This document shows, piece by piece, positions 1 through 15,405 of a DNA stretch of 64,000 nt (position 1 is its first letter; every line of letters starts with the position of its first letter). The notes under the pieces were generated by a model. It was not told where the DNA came from. It saw only the letters and a program-made list of their open reading frames with translations, and ran no database searches. The DNA comes from the human T2T-CHM13v2.0 reference genome, Homo sapiens: assembly GCF_009914755.1 (NCBI RefSeq), contig NC_060926.1; one strand, written 5' to 3'. Made by a program: the position numbers and the translations under genes.

Positions 1-69
1 TCTTTCATGTATGTGAGCACTATATACATGTCTCTTTAGTGTAAGCCATTGTGGAAGTGTCAGCAGACT

Positions 70-240
70 TTACTCATTTTCTTTCTTCTTTTACTCTCTC
101 AATTTTTTTCCTTCTCCTTTCATTTTGCCTTTCTTTTCTTTCCTCCACTTATTGCCTTTTTCTTCTCTCCCTTTTTTCATCCTTTTTTCTTGGTTTTTCT
201 TATTTTTCTGTTTATTTCCCTTTTTTTTTTTTTGCTTTCT
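70..240. repeat. Pyrimidine (T/C)-rich low-complexity tract
   Basis: About 170 bp almost entirely T and C; source of the F/L/S-rich spurious ORFs at 49-263. Confidence 0.85.
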
Positions 241-912
241 TGATATTTACCCAAAGGAGTTGAAAACTTGTATCTACACAAAAACCTGCACATGGTTGCT
301 TATAGCAGCTTCATTTATAATTGCCAAAACTTGGAAGCAACTAAGATGTTCTTCAATAGGTGAAAGGATAAACAGACTGTGGTACAGCCAGACAATGAAA
401 TATTATTCAGTGCTAAAAAGAGATAAAACCATGGCAGAAACTTAAATGCATGTTTCTAAGTGAAATAAGTCAATCTGAAAAGGCTACATACTGTATGATT
501 CCAATCATATTACATTCCAGGAAAGGCAAAAATACAAAGAGAGTAAAAATATTGGTAGTTGCTAAAGGTTAGAGGCGAGGGAGGGACAAACAGGCAGAGA
601 ACAGATGATTTTTAGGGCAGTAAAACTATTCTGTGTGGTACTATAATGGTGGATCATTTCATTCATTATACATTGTTCAAACCGATAGAATGTACACCAC
701 CAAGAGTGAATTCTAATGTAAACAACGGACTGTGGCGATTTTGAGATTTCAATGTAAGCTGAATTTCAAAAAATGTACCACTCCAGTGTGGATGTTGATA
801 ATGGGGGAGGCTATGCATGTGTGGGGACAAGGAGTATTATGGGATATCTCTGTACTTTCCTCTCAATTTTGCTGTGAACCTAAAACAGCTCTGAAAGATA
901 ATGTCTTATATA
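241..912 (+). mobile_element. Old LINE-1 3' end (L1MC-like)
   Basis: ORF2 C-terminal remnant (LDIYPKELKTCIYTKTCTWLLIAASFIIAKTWKQ) followed by an L1MC-type 3'UTR (aaggctacatactgtatgattcc ... ctctgtactttcctctcaattttgctgtgaacctaaaac). Confidence 0.8.
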
Positions 913-914
913 TA

Positions 915-1255
915 AACCAAGCCCAGACACAAAAGGACAAATATGTGATTCCACTTATATATGCGATATCTCAAACGGGCAAATTTACAGAGACGGAAAA
1001 ACATTAGAAGTTACTAGGATCCAAGAGAAATGGGGGATAAAATAATATTGCCTTATGGGTACAGTTTCTGTTTGGGGTAATGAAAAATTTTGGGTAGACA
1101 GTGGTCAAAGTTGCAAAACTTTGTAAATATGATTAATGCCACTGTATTGTACATTTAAAAATGGTTAAAATGGCAAATTTTATGGTGCACATAACCACAA
1201 TAAATAAAAAAAATCAAAAAGCAAGAAAAAATAATTTTAACGTACCAAACGACAT
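915..1255 (+). mobile_element. L1MB-like 3'UTR fragment
   Basis: cagacacaaaaggacaaata...gggtacagtttctgtttgggg...gccactgtattgtacatttaaaaatggttaaaatggcaaatttt followed by an A-rich tail. Confidence 0.75.
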
Positions 1256-2124
1256 TTTACTGACAAGTATTTCATAAACAGTTAAGAAGGATGAAGCCAA
1301 TAATCAATGCCTAACAGCTCACTGACCTTGGAAACAGAACTCCCCACCTGCTTTACTATGCCTTTTGAAAATCTTTGCACTGTAGTCCTTTGGCCATATT
1401 TGGAGTGACATTATATGCATCACACTCTTGAAGTAGATATTACTAAAACATTCTGTGTGCTCATCCTCTACCTTGATCATTGCTGCTACTCTAGTGTTGT
1501 GTGACCAAAATGCTGAATTCACTGCATTTGTTAATCCAAAGGCAGGTGTGGAATTCTTCCTTGGCAAGGAAACATCTATGTATAGGTCTGTCTCCTGGTT
1601 AGATGGGTATTTCTGTGAAATTTGACAGGTGAAGCTCTTCACTAATAGGTTCTTTACATCCTTCCACAAACAAATACCTTTGATCCATTCTTTGTTTCAG
1701 TACACATTTAGACACTGTGCTAATGTGTTTGGAATAGGATCATTACTTAGAAATTGAGAGATAAGAATTCTAGTTTGGGCTTTGGTACAAGGTAAGTGAC
1801 CTTGGTAAAAACATATGTTTCTCTTGGCCTTAATAGCCCTTTTGCTAAATGAGGGTTTGGCTTAGCTTAGTAATTGACAAACGTGTTAGCAGCAAAAAAT
1901 CCTTGCACGCATATACAAACAAGTGAATCTGTTCTGTTTGACATTTCCCCATTCCCTTTCTTCACCTATGAAGCACCAGAGCAAAAGCATTGGACTCAAC
2001 GGTATTTAACGCCTATACTTTCATGTAGCAATCCTCTTGAGAACTGATTGTGATTGTCTTCATTATATATTCAAACATGTATATACATACACACTAGAGA
2101 TATCATTAAGAAAAAACTTCAATA

Positions 2125-2260
2125 TAGTATTTTTTATTAAAATTGAATTCATATAAAATAAACTTAACTTTTTAAAAGTGAAAATGTAGTGGCATTTAAT
2201 ACATTCATGATGTTGGACAACCACCAACTCTATTTAGTTCTAAAACATTTTCATTATATT
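2125..2260 (-). mobile_element. L1MB-like 3' terminal fragment
   Basis: ttttaaaagtgaaaatgtagtggcatttaatacattcatgatgttggacaaccacc resembles the antisense L1MB 3' end. Confidence 0.6.
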
Positions 2261-2387
2261 TGTTATTTTTAAATGACTTTTCCTGTACATTAAATAATAT
2301 ATTTTAAATAATGTAAAAAGATAGACAGTGATGGAAACCAAAATTAACTTGTATAGCAGAAGGCTAAAATTAAAATTTTGGAGCAAA

Positions 2388-2393
2388 CGTACA

Positions 2394-2431
<38 letters not shown>
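2388..2431. repeat. (CA)n microsatellite
   Basis: Directly visible CA dinucleotide run. Confidence 0.95.
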
Positions 2432-2433
<2 letters not shown>

Positions 2434-3571
2434 TTTAATTAATATCATCGATCCCTCATTATTATAATGGAAAATAATAATAACCCAAACTAACAACCTA
2501 ATCTATTTGGATGTTCAAGTTCAAATAGCATTTCAGATATAAAAATATAGAAATATTTATAATCTAGAAATACATATTATTGCCAAGAAGCAGGACAATA
2601 TTTAAAAAGCTGAGGGAAACCCTGAGTCCCCTTAACAGACTTTGGATTAATAAGATGTAACACAACCTAAATATAGTTTTATTTAGAAGCCCAACATGAT
2701 TTCACAAACGTTTAAAAATAAAATAATATTAATGTATTACTTCCAAGAATGCCCCTGTAGACCTTTCCCTAAGACAGTATGACCCTTCCCATGATTAAGA
2801 AAATAGTAACATAAAGAGAGGAATACGTATAACAGTAATTTTTAGGCAAAATTATATAGAACTTTGGGGGAGGAACTGGGAATTAACCAACATGAAATCA
2901 AGAGAGATAATTAAAGATGAAAAGGTGTTCCTTGTTATGTAAATAACAATAGTCAAGCCTACATGTTTAAGGATTTTTGGAGCACTCTAAACTTTTGCTT
3001 CCTCAACTGTCTTTGGTCAGCGTATTGATCCAGAAGTTGTGTATTACAAAGCTGTACGTCTATATTGGCTCTCTTATTCTACTGATCAACATGACGCCAA
3101 AAAAAAAAACCACGATTTTTTTTAAGGTCCTCCTAGTACTATCTCTGAGTGAGGAGTAACCAATCTGCTGACAAAATATTTCCCTTTCTGAACATGGATG
3201 GTAGACACTCCTCCTTGCCAGGAGACAGAGTGTTGGAACAAGACATCAATACCATTGTGCATTATAATTTCTCCCAACTTGTTAGGATTCTGTAAATATT
3301 TCCTCATGACATTAAACGTTCTTCTATGAGATCATTTTAATGACTAAATCATCTTTTATCATACGGTTGTTACTATAATTTATTTAGTAAAACTGAGGAC
3401 TTTGAACTGGTATTTCATGAAAAAAAATACCACCTTCATAGGTGGTAAATGATGACAGAACAAAACTACTTGGAATTGGCTGAAATTTAGGAAATTTAGG
3501 ATGTATTTCCATGGCTTTCTGACCAAATCCCATTTTAGTTTTGTTTTTGTTTTTTTTTAATCATGTTCTGC

Positions 3572-3812
3572 ATTAATGGTTTTAACCTGGAGGTAGTTTT
3601 CTCCCACAGGATATTTGGCAATGACTGTAGACAATTTTAGTGATCACAACTGGGGTGGGAGGTAGGGAGGGGGTGTTAACTAGAATTAAGTGAGAAGAGA
3701 CCAAAGATGCTCAGCTAAACACCCTACCATGCATAGGACAGCGCCCCCTACCCACAACAAAGAATTAGCTGGCCAAAAAGTGTCACTAGGGCTGAAATTG
3801 AGAAACTCCGCT
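3572..3812 (+). mobile_element. MER20 (hAT-Charlie) DNA transposon relic
   Basis: ggatatttggcaatgactgtagacaattttag...cacaactgggg...gatgctcagctaaacaccctaccatgcataggacagc...acaacaaagaatta...tgagaaactcc follows the MER20 layout. Confidence 0.8.
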
Positions 3813-4074
3813 CCACATGAACCACAAATAAAAGGAAGGTAAATATTTCAGATAGTCCACTTACCACATTGTCTTCCTCATAAACACATTTTGGATTTGG
3901 GTTAAAACGACTTTAAATTACTAAAGGTGATTTACATTTGTGTGGTGTAGAGACAATTTCAATCATCTTAATACAAGAGTGTGTTGGCCCTTGCACCTGT
4001 GCTTGGTCTATTCGCCTTTTCTGAATAAGCTTCCAAGTGTGCGCCATTACATCCTCTCTCTCTCTTTGAACCAG

Positions 4075-5766
<1,692 letters not shown>

Positions 5767-6387
5767 CGCATCTCTTGTTTGGCTCCCATGAACAACATCT
5801 TCCCTTTCCTGGCCTGCTGTTGCTCTGGCATGTGACCAATTTTTGTGAACATGTATGTGATCCAAATATTGACAGTTCACCATGCCACACCTTACCCCAG
5901 CCTCATCATAGCATACTCTAGTAAGTGGTCAATGTAAAGAAAAATTTTACCATGTTGCTTAAATGTGCTATTTTCAGAGAGATTGCATAACCACTAATAG
6001 TTAACTTGCTCTCATGTTTTTGGACATAAAACATTAGAATGGTGGTCAATATGTGGCCCACATGGGTCAATTAGAATCTGTAGAGACTTTGTTCATATTT
6101 TCTTATTCTTTTTTCTGTGTCTTTGTTGAATTGGGTTAATAGATTTCCAGTTGTCATTCAGAGACTCTAATTCAGGAACCAGACAAATAACTTACTTTTA
6201 TGGAAAGGAAAGAGGTAACAACGGGAGATAGTGGCATATTAGAAAGTGTACCTCTACTTTCTAATTTGTGCCTGTTACTCAGCTTCTAAGGATGGTTGAT
6301 CTCTGGAAACCATGTCAAGTATTTCTACATTTTCTAATCTAATTATTAAAAAAAAACTAGACATCATATTTCTCTAGAATTATCCTA

Positions 6388-6649
6388 GCGACTTGGGAGG
6401 CTGATATGGGAGAATTTCTTGAGGCCACGAGTTCAAGACCAGAGTGAGTAACATAGTAAGACTTTGGCTCTAAAAGATAGAAATAAATTTAAAAAATTAG
6501 CTGGGTGTCGTGGCACTCACCTATAGTATCAGCTGCTCAGGAGGTTTAGGTAGGAGTATCACTTGAACCCAGAAGTTGGAGGCTTTAGTGAGCCATGATC
6601 ACACACCACTGCACTCTGAAAACAAACAAAGAAACAAACAAAAACAAAA
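6388..6649 (+). mobile_element. AluJ, 5'-truncated
   Basis: Diverged dimeric Alu with (CAAA)-type tail; 12-bp TSD AGAATTATCCTA at 6376-6387 and 6650-6661. Confidence 0.85.
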
Positions 6650-7134
6650 AGAATTATCCTAATTTTGAGTTGTTGGCAAATTTTAACTTAGTTTAATTTA
6701 AATTTAATTGTTGGCAAATTTCGTGTTTTTGCCCCTGGACACTAGTTTCTAGTTTGCAACTTTTATTTCTATTTGGCTTATATTACCTTTTTTTTTCTTT
6801 TTTTTTTTTTTACCATGCGTGATATTTTTACAGCATATTTTTGCAAATTTTACCATAAACTATGCATAATCAATGTGCGTTGCTAGATCAAAAGTCCTAA
6901 TCTTTGATCTACTGAAATAGCCATTGAGTTATCACTTATGAACACTAAAATTATATTTTGAATTAAAAGTTTTGATACCTTAGCCCAACAGAATAAATGA
7001 TGTGGAATTACAAATGCTACAAGAGAATAGTAGGTAGAGATTTCTTACAGTGTGGGACATGAAACTTTTAAGCTTCCCTAAAAAAAACTAAGATTTGAAT
7101 AATAATTTATAGTTAGTATTCTATGTCATAACAC

Positions 7135-7290
7135 TAATGAATTTGTTACACAGAATAATCCACGTAAGGAGCTACTATTATCTATTTGATGAAGTAGAAA
7201 GTAAACTCGAAGACTTGGTCAATCTTACACAGATTTAAGTAAAAGCTGTAGAACCAAATATTAATGATCTAACTTTCAGCTTCAGATTTC
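7135..7290 (-). mobile_element. MIR fragment
   Basis: Degenerate tattatctatttgatgaagtagaaag...acttggtcaatcttacacag resembles the MIR core. Confidence 0.4.
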
Positions 7291-9502
7291 GCCCATGATA
7301 CAAGGCCAGTTGTATTTAAAACATATCCATTTTCATAAACCTGCCTAAGGGAAGTGGCAAAACAGCTAATTGACACAATGATTTTGAAACATGTTACCTG
7401 ATTTTAGTTCCTCTGAAATATCACTTACAGATGAAGAAATGTTCAGTATTACCATCGTCTAACACTTCGACACTGAGGGAAATTGTAAGAAGGAGGGCCA
7501 CAACGTGGCCTGACAATTGCCCCTGGCTTTTAATTTAATATTGTTTTTAACAGTATTAAATTTTTAATAAAATACATGCTGTGCTGGCAACTTACAACTA
7601 TGAGCTATCCTGAGATTCAAATATAATGATGACCAACGGCAATTTCTTTCTTTATTGTGTGACATATGTGGGTAATTATATAACTTCCTCAAGGCAAAAT
7701 GCTGTTTGAAAGGCTTACCTAAAGAAAACAAAACTATTTTTGTTCCTGAGTTGATTATAATTTGATTTTCGTTCAACCTATTCTCCTAATTAATGGTCTG
7801 AAAGAGATATTTGACTTTCCAAATTCGCCTAGTCCTTGTTCATGGATTTCACGTTGTGTAGACAATTGGAGAATTTTTTAATGCAGTTGGTGGAAACTGA
7901 TTTCTGTTGGCCTTTAGGGAAAGCATAAACTTTTGCTTTTTGTTTTTTTCTCTTTCCAACCCTTGCAGGAAGAGATTCTAACATTATACTCCTGGTGAAG
8001 GTCTGTCCTTTACAAAGAGGCAAAAGTTGTTTCAGTCCCTTGGTACATTGACATGTACCTGTGAGATTCTCCAACATTGAAGGTTTATTTTCTCCCGTGG
8101 TTGGTGGTTAAAGACCTGCCTGGGGCCTCCTTCTTTCTGGGGTGGGCCTGAAACCTCAGAGCTAGGCAGAAATGTAGGTAGGTCCCAGAAAAAGTATCTA
8201 CAGGATGAATGGCTTATCTTCTACTTTATATGATGAGAATAAAATATCATTTCTTATCTCCGCTCTTCCTTAGCGTCATCTTTCTTTGTCACTTTACATT
8301 AGGATAGTAGCAAATTCTTAGAGGCCATGTAAACAAAGTGTGGGCCTAAGGGATAACTAATAAGATAAGACTCAGTATTTATTCAAAAGGGGTCCTTACA
8401 GGTTTGGATATCTCACAGGATTGTGATGTGCAAATAGAGTTTGGGACTTTAAAATGTATGCATATATAGTAATACACAGAGCAAATTTACCTGGACTTTT
8501 TCTTTGGCCATATACCTACACATTTTTAGTATTCTAGAATTATATCTGCCATATTCTTTTTTCTATATTAAGCATAAGAAATGTGTGGATTAGTAAACTA
8601 GGGGCAGACATGCACAAAGTCCTGGGCTTTGTAAAGGAGTCTTACTCCTCAAGCAGTTTTCAGAGTTGCGTTTAACTATGGGCAAAATCCCATGCAAAAT
8701 TTTTGTTCAATAGGACATTCTGGAAACCACTTAATTTTAAAAGAATATGTGTCTAGTTTTAGAGTTAAATTAGGCTTTCGTGGAAGCTCAAATTGCAATG
8801 ACAACCACTATTCTCATGTGCAAATGTATGCATTTAGAAAGGATATTGAATTTTGTATCTAAGGTAATTAGTTTTTGGTAGGAATGGGATTCTTTACTGG
8901 AGATGCATTTACTGTGCTGATAGGTTGCATTATATATGGAGCATGGCACTATATCAATATATTTATAGCTATTTCAATTTTCATATTTACTGCTAGGATT
9001 GGAGAGGAGGTGACTTGCTTTTGACAATGTAGGTGTTTAAGGCTGATATTCATATTGAGACAAACATTATTCACTATCATATTGAGGCAAGCATTATTGA
9101 TTCTCTGGAGGTTAGAAATAGAAGTATTTCCAGTTCAAAGTATTTATCCTCTCTCATCTATTCCAAGGATTCTAAAAAGTTTATCTGTTGTAAAAACATT
9201 CTCCAAAATAATTAGAATAATTATTCTATTAGATTTTTCTATTAGGACAATATAGCATGATCTTTCCTAAAATGTGTTTTCTTTGTTTCTGCCTTGAATC
9301 TGATTCAGCCTTTGAAATCAGGTCAAGAATTCCGATGTTCAAGATCTGGTCATTTATTTTGTTTTCAAACTCGAATATATGCAAAACCCTACCCATAACA
9401 CTGAAGGGCTATTACCAATTCCCCTAACCACCAAATAGTCTTAATCCTCCATTTTGAGGAAGCATCAGTTCTATCCCAGCTCTGCTGCCCATAAAAAGAT
9501 AG

Positions 9503-9854
<352 letters not shown>

Positions 9855-10459
9855 CAGAACCAGATTTCTGAGACAGAATGATCAGGGTCAGAGATGACAT
9901 TTAGGATGACAAGTTTAAGGGTAAGAATGTTGCCTATCCTGGGTTGAAACTGTTTCATACAAAGTCAAAGCAAAAACTTCAAGCGAAGTCAGAGAGAAAA
10001 CTATTGCAAAGAGTTATACAGAAAGAGATGAGTTTTTTTAAACAAGCAAACTGAACAAAGGTACGTAATGGGGCAGAGTTTGTGTTCCTTGGTTGACATC
10101 CCATGGGTATTAACCAATATCATGTTAGTTCTTTGGTCCATTCACCTTTGGCTATAATGCAAGATTAAGATGATAGTTTCAACTTGGGAAACTTTGGAGT
10201 TTGCGAGTAGAGTTATTTGTATGCATCTATGTGCCCTTTGGAAGAATTTGTAAATGATTTGCTTAATAACTTCTAAAATCTGGCTTTGTTCTGACATTGC
10301 TCTTAGGTAATTGGTTGTTACAAGAGACAAGAAAGAGCAATAGTGAAAATAAACACAGGCACAAAGCAGAAGCATTTTCTTCCACTTCAACAGAGCTCCT
10401 ATGCCTAAACAGGGCAGGGGAATTGTGGATGTCACAGTGCCGGTAACAGTAAAGCCAAG

Positions 10460-10550
10460 TGACATGAGTCTGTCTATGTAACAAACCTGCACATGTACTC
10501 CTGAATCTAAAATAAAAATTTAAAAAATAAATAAATGTTAAATTAAAAAA
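10460..10550 (+). mobile_element. L1PA/PB extreme 3' end fragment
   Basis: tatgtaacaaacctgcacatgtactcctgaatctaaaataaaa followed by an A-rich tail. Confidence 0.75.
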
Positions 10551-12084
10551 AGAGTACTCTCACGTAATCAGCAAGGTCATGATGCTATTGCCAATTGATT
10601 TTTCTTTTTGTCATATAATGACATTTGATTGAGACCATGATTTCATTCTATTACCATATAATTAATTTATAATTAATAGCTGCAATTTTGTCGATTATCA
10701 AACATTGAAAGCTGGGCATTATTAGTTTTATTGATGTTGAAACCTTTACTGCGAAACCTATAGAAACTTCCCCAGAGTGAGGTGGCTTTGATCCTAAAGT
10801 CCATGTTCTTTCCCTCAGACCACACATGCGCTCTTCAAGCCCATTCCACCAGCAGAGTTCCTTTCACTTATGGCAATTACTTTATCAGTTTAAATAGTTT
10901 GGCCATTTCTTTTGGAGAATGACAGAACATTCAGTGGCCTTTTAGTAGCTTTCTAGGCCAAAATCCCATCCATTGAAAGAATAACATCTTCGTATTATCT
11001 GAAGAATGGTCTTTCATCCTTGATCTGAACATGTCACATAATAAGGAAGTACAGTATTTCAAAAGGATGCTATTGTATTAAGCAGAAATCACATCATTTG
11101 AGTAACTATTTCCCTCTTTTCCTCATCCTGTTTTTTTGGTGCTATTTAAGAAAAAAATCAAGTCTTTCTTATACAAAACCTGTAAAATAATAAGCAATAG
11201 CTAAATCATTTCTTCTCTGAGCCAAACCTCTTTAATATCTTAAGCTACTCCTATGCCAGGAAACCCCTAGGAAATCTTCTATTCAAATCACAGGCATCTC
11301 AGTCACTTGCCAAGTAACATCCTTTCCTTCATCTAGAAAATAAAGGTTTCATAAAATGTCACTGAAGTAATTTATCTAAATTAAAACTAATAGAGGAAGT
11401 AGAAGCATGTAACGTTCTGCCAAGCTCTAACATCTTGATTTCTGTCTAGATAAATTACAAACATTCTCTATTTTAAAATTAATTTTAGTCTTCAATAGAG
11501 GCCACTTTTCTCAGGGTCTCAAATTAGGAAAGATATAACTGGATATCACTCCTATTTATCAGAATATAAAAGAAGGGCCAAGAAACCTCAGTCCTGAGAA
11601 AACAGAGAAAGGCCACATCCACAGATTGTGGTTCTAGATGATTCAGTCTAAGTTGAGATGCAGGAAGAAGGCTTCACTTCCTAAACATCGGCAACAAAGA
11701 AAGTTGCCATGCAAACATAAATCACAAAATCTTCTGTAGTAACATCTAATTATTATCTCATATTCATTCGTAGAAAATAAAAATGACATTTAAGAATAAT
11801 TTTGATTTATGAACTTAATATCCTGAATGTTCTCATTGGTATATAAAAAGGACCAATTAATTAGGGCTTGGTCTTGTGTCAAAATACTGTAAAATAGTAA
11901 CTATAATATATAATATATAACTCTTTGTTACATGATCACAGATATCTGAACATTATCTTGTTTGTTACTATTTCTTGTTATGCTTTTGCTGACAGAAAAT
12001 CCAACTAGTTATAAACTATTAATAAGTCCTTCTTTTAAGGTGTAGCTCTAAGAATTAGAAACAAAAATAAACTTTTTTCCCCCA

Positions 12085-12735
12085 TGCAAAAAGAATGAAA
12101 TTATGTCCTATGGAGCAACGTGGATGAAAATGGAAGTCATTATTCTAAATGAACTAACTCAGAAACAGAAAACCAAATATCACATGTTCTCACTTATAAG
12201 GGCGGAGTTAAACAATAGGTATATACAGACATAAAGATGGAAATAATAGACACTGGGGACTACATAAGTGGGGAGGGTGGGAATAGGGTGAGGAAGAATT
12301 TTCTTTTGGGTGCAATGTTTAATATTTGGGTGAGCCGGGTGCAGTGGCTAACACCTGTAATTCAGACACTTTGGTAGGCAAAGGTGGGAGGATTTCTTGA
12401 GCTCAGAAGTTTGAGACCAACCCAGGCAACATAATGGGACCCTGTCTCTATAAAAAAATACAAAAATTAGCTGGGCATGGTGGCAGGCACCTGTAGTCCC
12501 AGCTACTCAGGAGGCTAAGGTGGGAGGATCCTTGAGCCCAGGAGGTCAAGGCTGCAGTAAGCCATGATCATGCCCCTGCCCACCAGCCTGGGTGACAGAG
12601 CTAGACCATCTCAAAAGAAAAAACAATTGGGGTGATGGGTACACTAGTTCAATCTCCACCATTGTCAATATATACCCATGTAACAGACGTGCACATATAC
12701 CCCCGGATCTAAAATTAAAAAAAAAAATTAAAAAC
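12085..12735 (+). mobile_element. L1PB-type 3' end interrupted by an AluJ
   Basis: aaaaagaatgaaattatgtcc...catgttctcacttataag...tagacactggggact; resumes after the Alu with gggtgatgggtacactag...cccatgtaac...atctaaaattaaaaaa. Confidence 0.85.
12334..12622 (+). mobile_element. AluJ
   Basis: gggaggatttcttgagctcagaag, ggaggtcaaggctgcagt and other AluJ diagnostics; imperfect TSD ending gggtga on both sides. Confidence 0.9.
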
Positions 12736-13214
12736 AAATACATTGTTTTCTTGATTCTAGAATTCTCCTTCCCTGGTGGAAAGACTGAGGGATATGTCAT
12801 GATTTTCAGAGAAGTACAAGGTAATGGCAAAATGCACGAGTTACTTTTACTCTCAGATAGATCCAAGAAAAGGGGAGCAATCAGAAGTAAGCATGAACCA
12901 GAGAATTAAGGGAGGTCCTCAGAGAAGAGTGTGATTAGGTCAGCATAAACCAGGATGAGGTCCAGAAGGTATTGAATATCAGAGATAAATTCAGTGCCTA
13001 TAGAGACAAGAGTATAGGGTGTTAATAACAGTAGTTCAAAGAGGCAAGAAATCTGTCCTAGGAAAAACACCGCCTAAGATGGAGCTGCCAATGGTTAGGG
13101 ATGTGTTGCTGAGGAAACCTGGACTCTTTTCTTCTGGGAAGCCCAGGCTGAGAGATTTCTAACCTGAACTACTTTGACCACTTGTTTACATGAATGACTC
13201 AAAAAATGGCTACT

Positions 13215-13312
13215 TAACTATATATGTATATGTAGTTTTATGTAACTATATGTGTATAGACATACATATACGTTCATACATATACATATACACAGAGTAG
13301 ATAGATAGATAT
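13215..13312. repeat. TA/TG/GATA compound low-complexity repeat
   Basis: tatatatgtatatgta...tacatatacatata...tagatagatagat. Confidence 0.75.
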
Positions 13313-13561
13313 CACTTTGGTCACCCATGTCACATAAAACTATTATGTGAACCCCTAATCAGTCACTACTCTGTAAAAATCGGCTTTCTTTAAAGATTCT
13401 CTATGTGAGTACATTTCCTAAGTCCTATTGAAAGAATTACTATGTGGGAATGGGCGTGACCATTATGCCTTTTCTACAGGACATTAATGTCATGATTACA
13501 AAGAGTGAAAACAAAATAACACAATAACTACAACAATGAAAACAGCACGGCTTTATCTGAT

Positions 13562-14025
13562 TGTATTACCCTAAGGCTGGCATAACAACATACTGGACGC
13601 CAGGTTACTTAAAACAACAGAAAATTATTGCCTTACATTTCTGAAGATAGAAGTCCCAAATTAAGTATCAACAGGGTCATGCTCTCTCTGAAACCAGTCA
13701 GGAAGAATCCTTCCTTGCCTCCTGTTAGCTTTTGTAGGGTTTTTGTTTCTTTTTTAGCCATCCTTGGTGTTTTTTGGCTTGCATTTGCAACAGTTCAACA
13801 TACCTGTCATCACATGGCATTCTCCTTGTGTGTCTGTCTCCAAATTTTCCTTTTCTTATAAGAACACCAATTGTAAGGTGTTAGGGAACCATTCTACTCC
13901 AATGTGACTTCATCTTCTTGAATTATGACTGATTAAACTTCGGTAACCCTACTTCCAAATAAGGTCACATTCTGAGGGACAAGGGGCAAAATTTCAACAT
14001 ATTTGTGGGAGGGTCTCATATCAAT
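13562..14025 (-). mobile_element. MLT1 (MLT1C-like) MaLR LTR
   Basis: tgtatta...cttaaaacaacagaaa...gaagaatccttccttgcc...ttccaaataaggtcacattctgagg. Confidence 0.75.
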
Positions 14026-14029
14026 CAAG

Positions 14030-14782
14030 TCAAGGTAGATTATACTGCAGTAACAAAGTCCAAAATATATGTGGCTTGCAGTAACAAAGACTTACATTCA
14101 ATTCATGCTAGATGATATTGTTCTGCTTATCAGAGTCACTCAAGGATCCAGATTATCAGGGAAGTAATAATTTCAAAAGTTTTCAGTCACTGTGCCAGAG
14201 AGAAAAGAGCACACTACCAGGTCTCATAGGTAACCATTGAGTGTTTATGGGCCTAAGGGAGCCAGAAACTGTAGGATCAGAACACCAGTGATTTCAGATG
14301 CCTTCAGCCATAAGAAACACAAAATCCAGCTAACATTGACCTAAACTTTAAGGTCTTTTTTTGTAACTTAGCAAGCTATTGAGTGATTAGAAGTCAAAGA
14401 GTTGATTTGTTGACTTATTGATGCCACCAAGAACCCAGGACAGGAGGATTGCTTGGGTTGCAGTGAGCTATGATTGTGTCAGTGCTCTCCAGCCTGGGTG
14501 ATGGAGCAAGACCCCATTTCTGCTAAATTAAACATTAAATAAATACAAAGAGCCCAGGAGTCAACCTCTCTCTCTCTTCTCCCCTTCCCGGAGCTATGTC
14601 ATATGTCTAGTCCTTAACCATATCACCAACACAGGTGAAACTAGATAACCATAATTAGCATGGACCCATTCTATCTCTTGAGGCCAAGACCTGGCCACCT
14701 AAACAAAATTGGATTTTGTTTGCAAGGACAGGGAGAGTTAATTGGTGAATTACTGTAGAGTAGGACTAAAAGTATGCCACAA
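14030..14782 (-). mobile_element. Old MLT1 (J/K/L-like) LTR fragments
   Basis: tatactgcagtaacaaa...agtcactcaaggatccag; later gatgccaccaagaacccagg...aacaaaattggattttgtttgcaagg...tatgccaca. Confidence 0.5.
14441..14548 (+). mobile_element. Alu right-monomer fragment (FRAM/AluJ)
   Basis: caggaggattgcttg...gcagtgagctatgattgtg...ctccagcctgggtga; flanked by aagaacccagga / aagagcccagga as a probable TSD. Confidence 0.75.
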
Positions 14783-15405
14783 AAAAAGATGATTTTCAGA
14801 TTTAGCATTATTTTACATCTCATTCAATGTATGGATATGTGGATAAATAATAATTTTTCTCAACTTAAATGTTTTTGGTGTATTAAAAATAAGTAAAATT
14901 TAAACGCTGTCCCTAGTTGGATTATTTGCTTAAGTGTGTTTAACAATTTTTGAGCAAATAACAATAATAATAATTTCTTCCATGTGCATAATATTTTATT
15001 ATGTATATTCTCACATGCATGTTTTGTTGTCATTTCTCAGAAAAATTATCATAATGAAGGCAGGGAGCAGGAATTATCCTTTGTCTTTATTAAAAATAAT
15101 AATGAATTATATATATACATATGTGTGTGTGTGTGAATATATATGTATGTATAGGCACTAAGTATAGGACTGAGAACTGAACTTTCTTACTCTCACCAGT
15201 GCATTTTCGGCTATCCCCTGGTGCCTCCTGCTCTTCTTGTGCTTTGCCTGTTTTTACATTAATGCACATTCTGAAGAATAAAACCCGCGGGACCAATTAA
15301 ATAGACCATATGGTTAATCTTTGGATTTCCCTTAGGCCAAACACAACTACAATTACAAAATACTATTTTGGAAATTACTAAAATTTCAAATATGTATTGT
15401 GTTTC

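Noticed and set aside
49-445. Hydrophobic F/L/S-rich ORFs resembling membrane peptides
   Set aside because: They are translations of a T/C low-complexity tract running into an L1 ORF2 remnant.
1319-1669. 116-aa minus-strand ORF
   Set aside because: Non-ATG start, no recognisable domain, no supporting splice or polyA structure; length is compatible with chance.
13219-13292. Imperfect hairpin in TA/TG-rich sequence
   Set aside because: Self-complementarity is expected from the alternating TA low-complexity composition.
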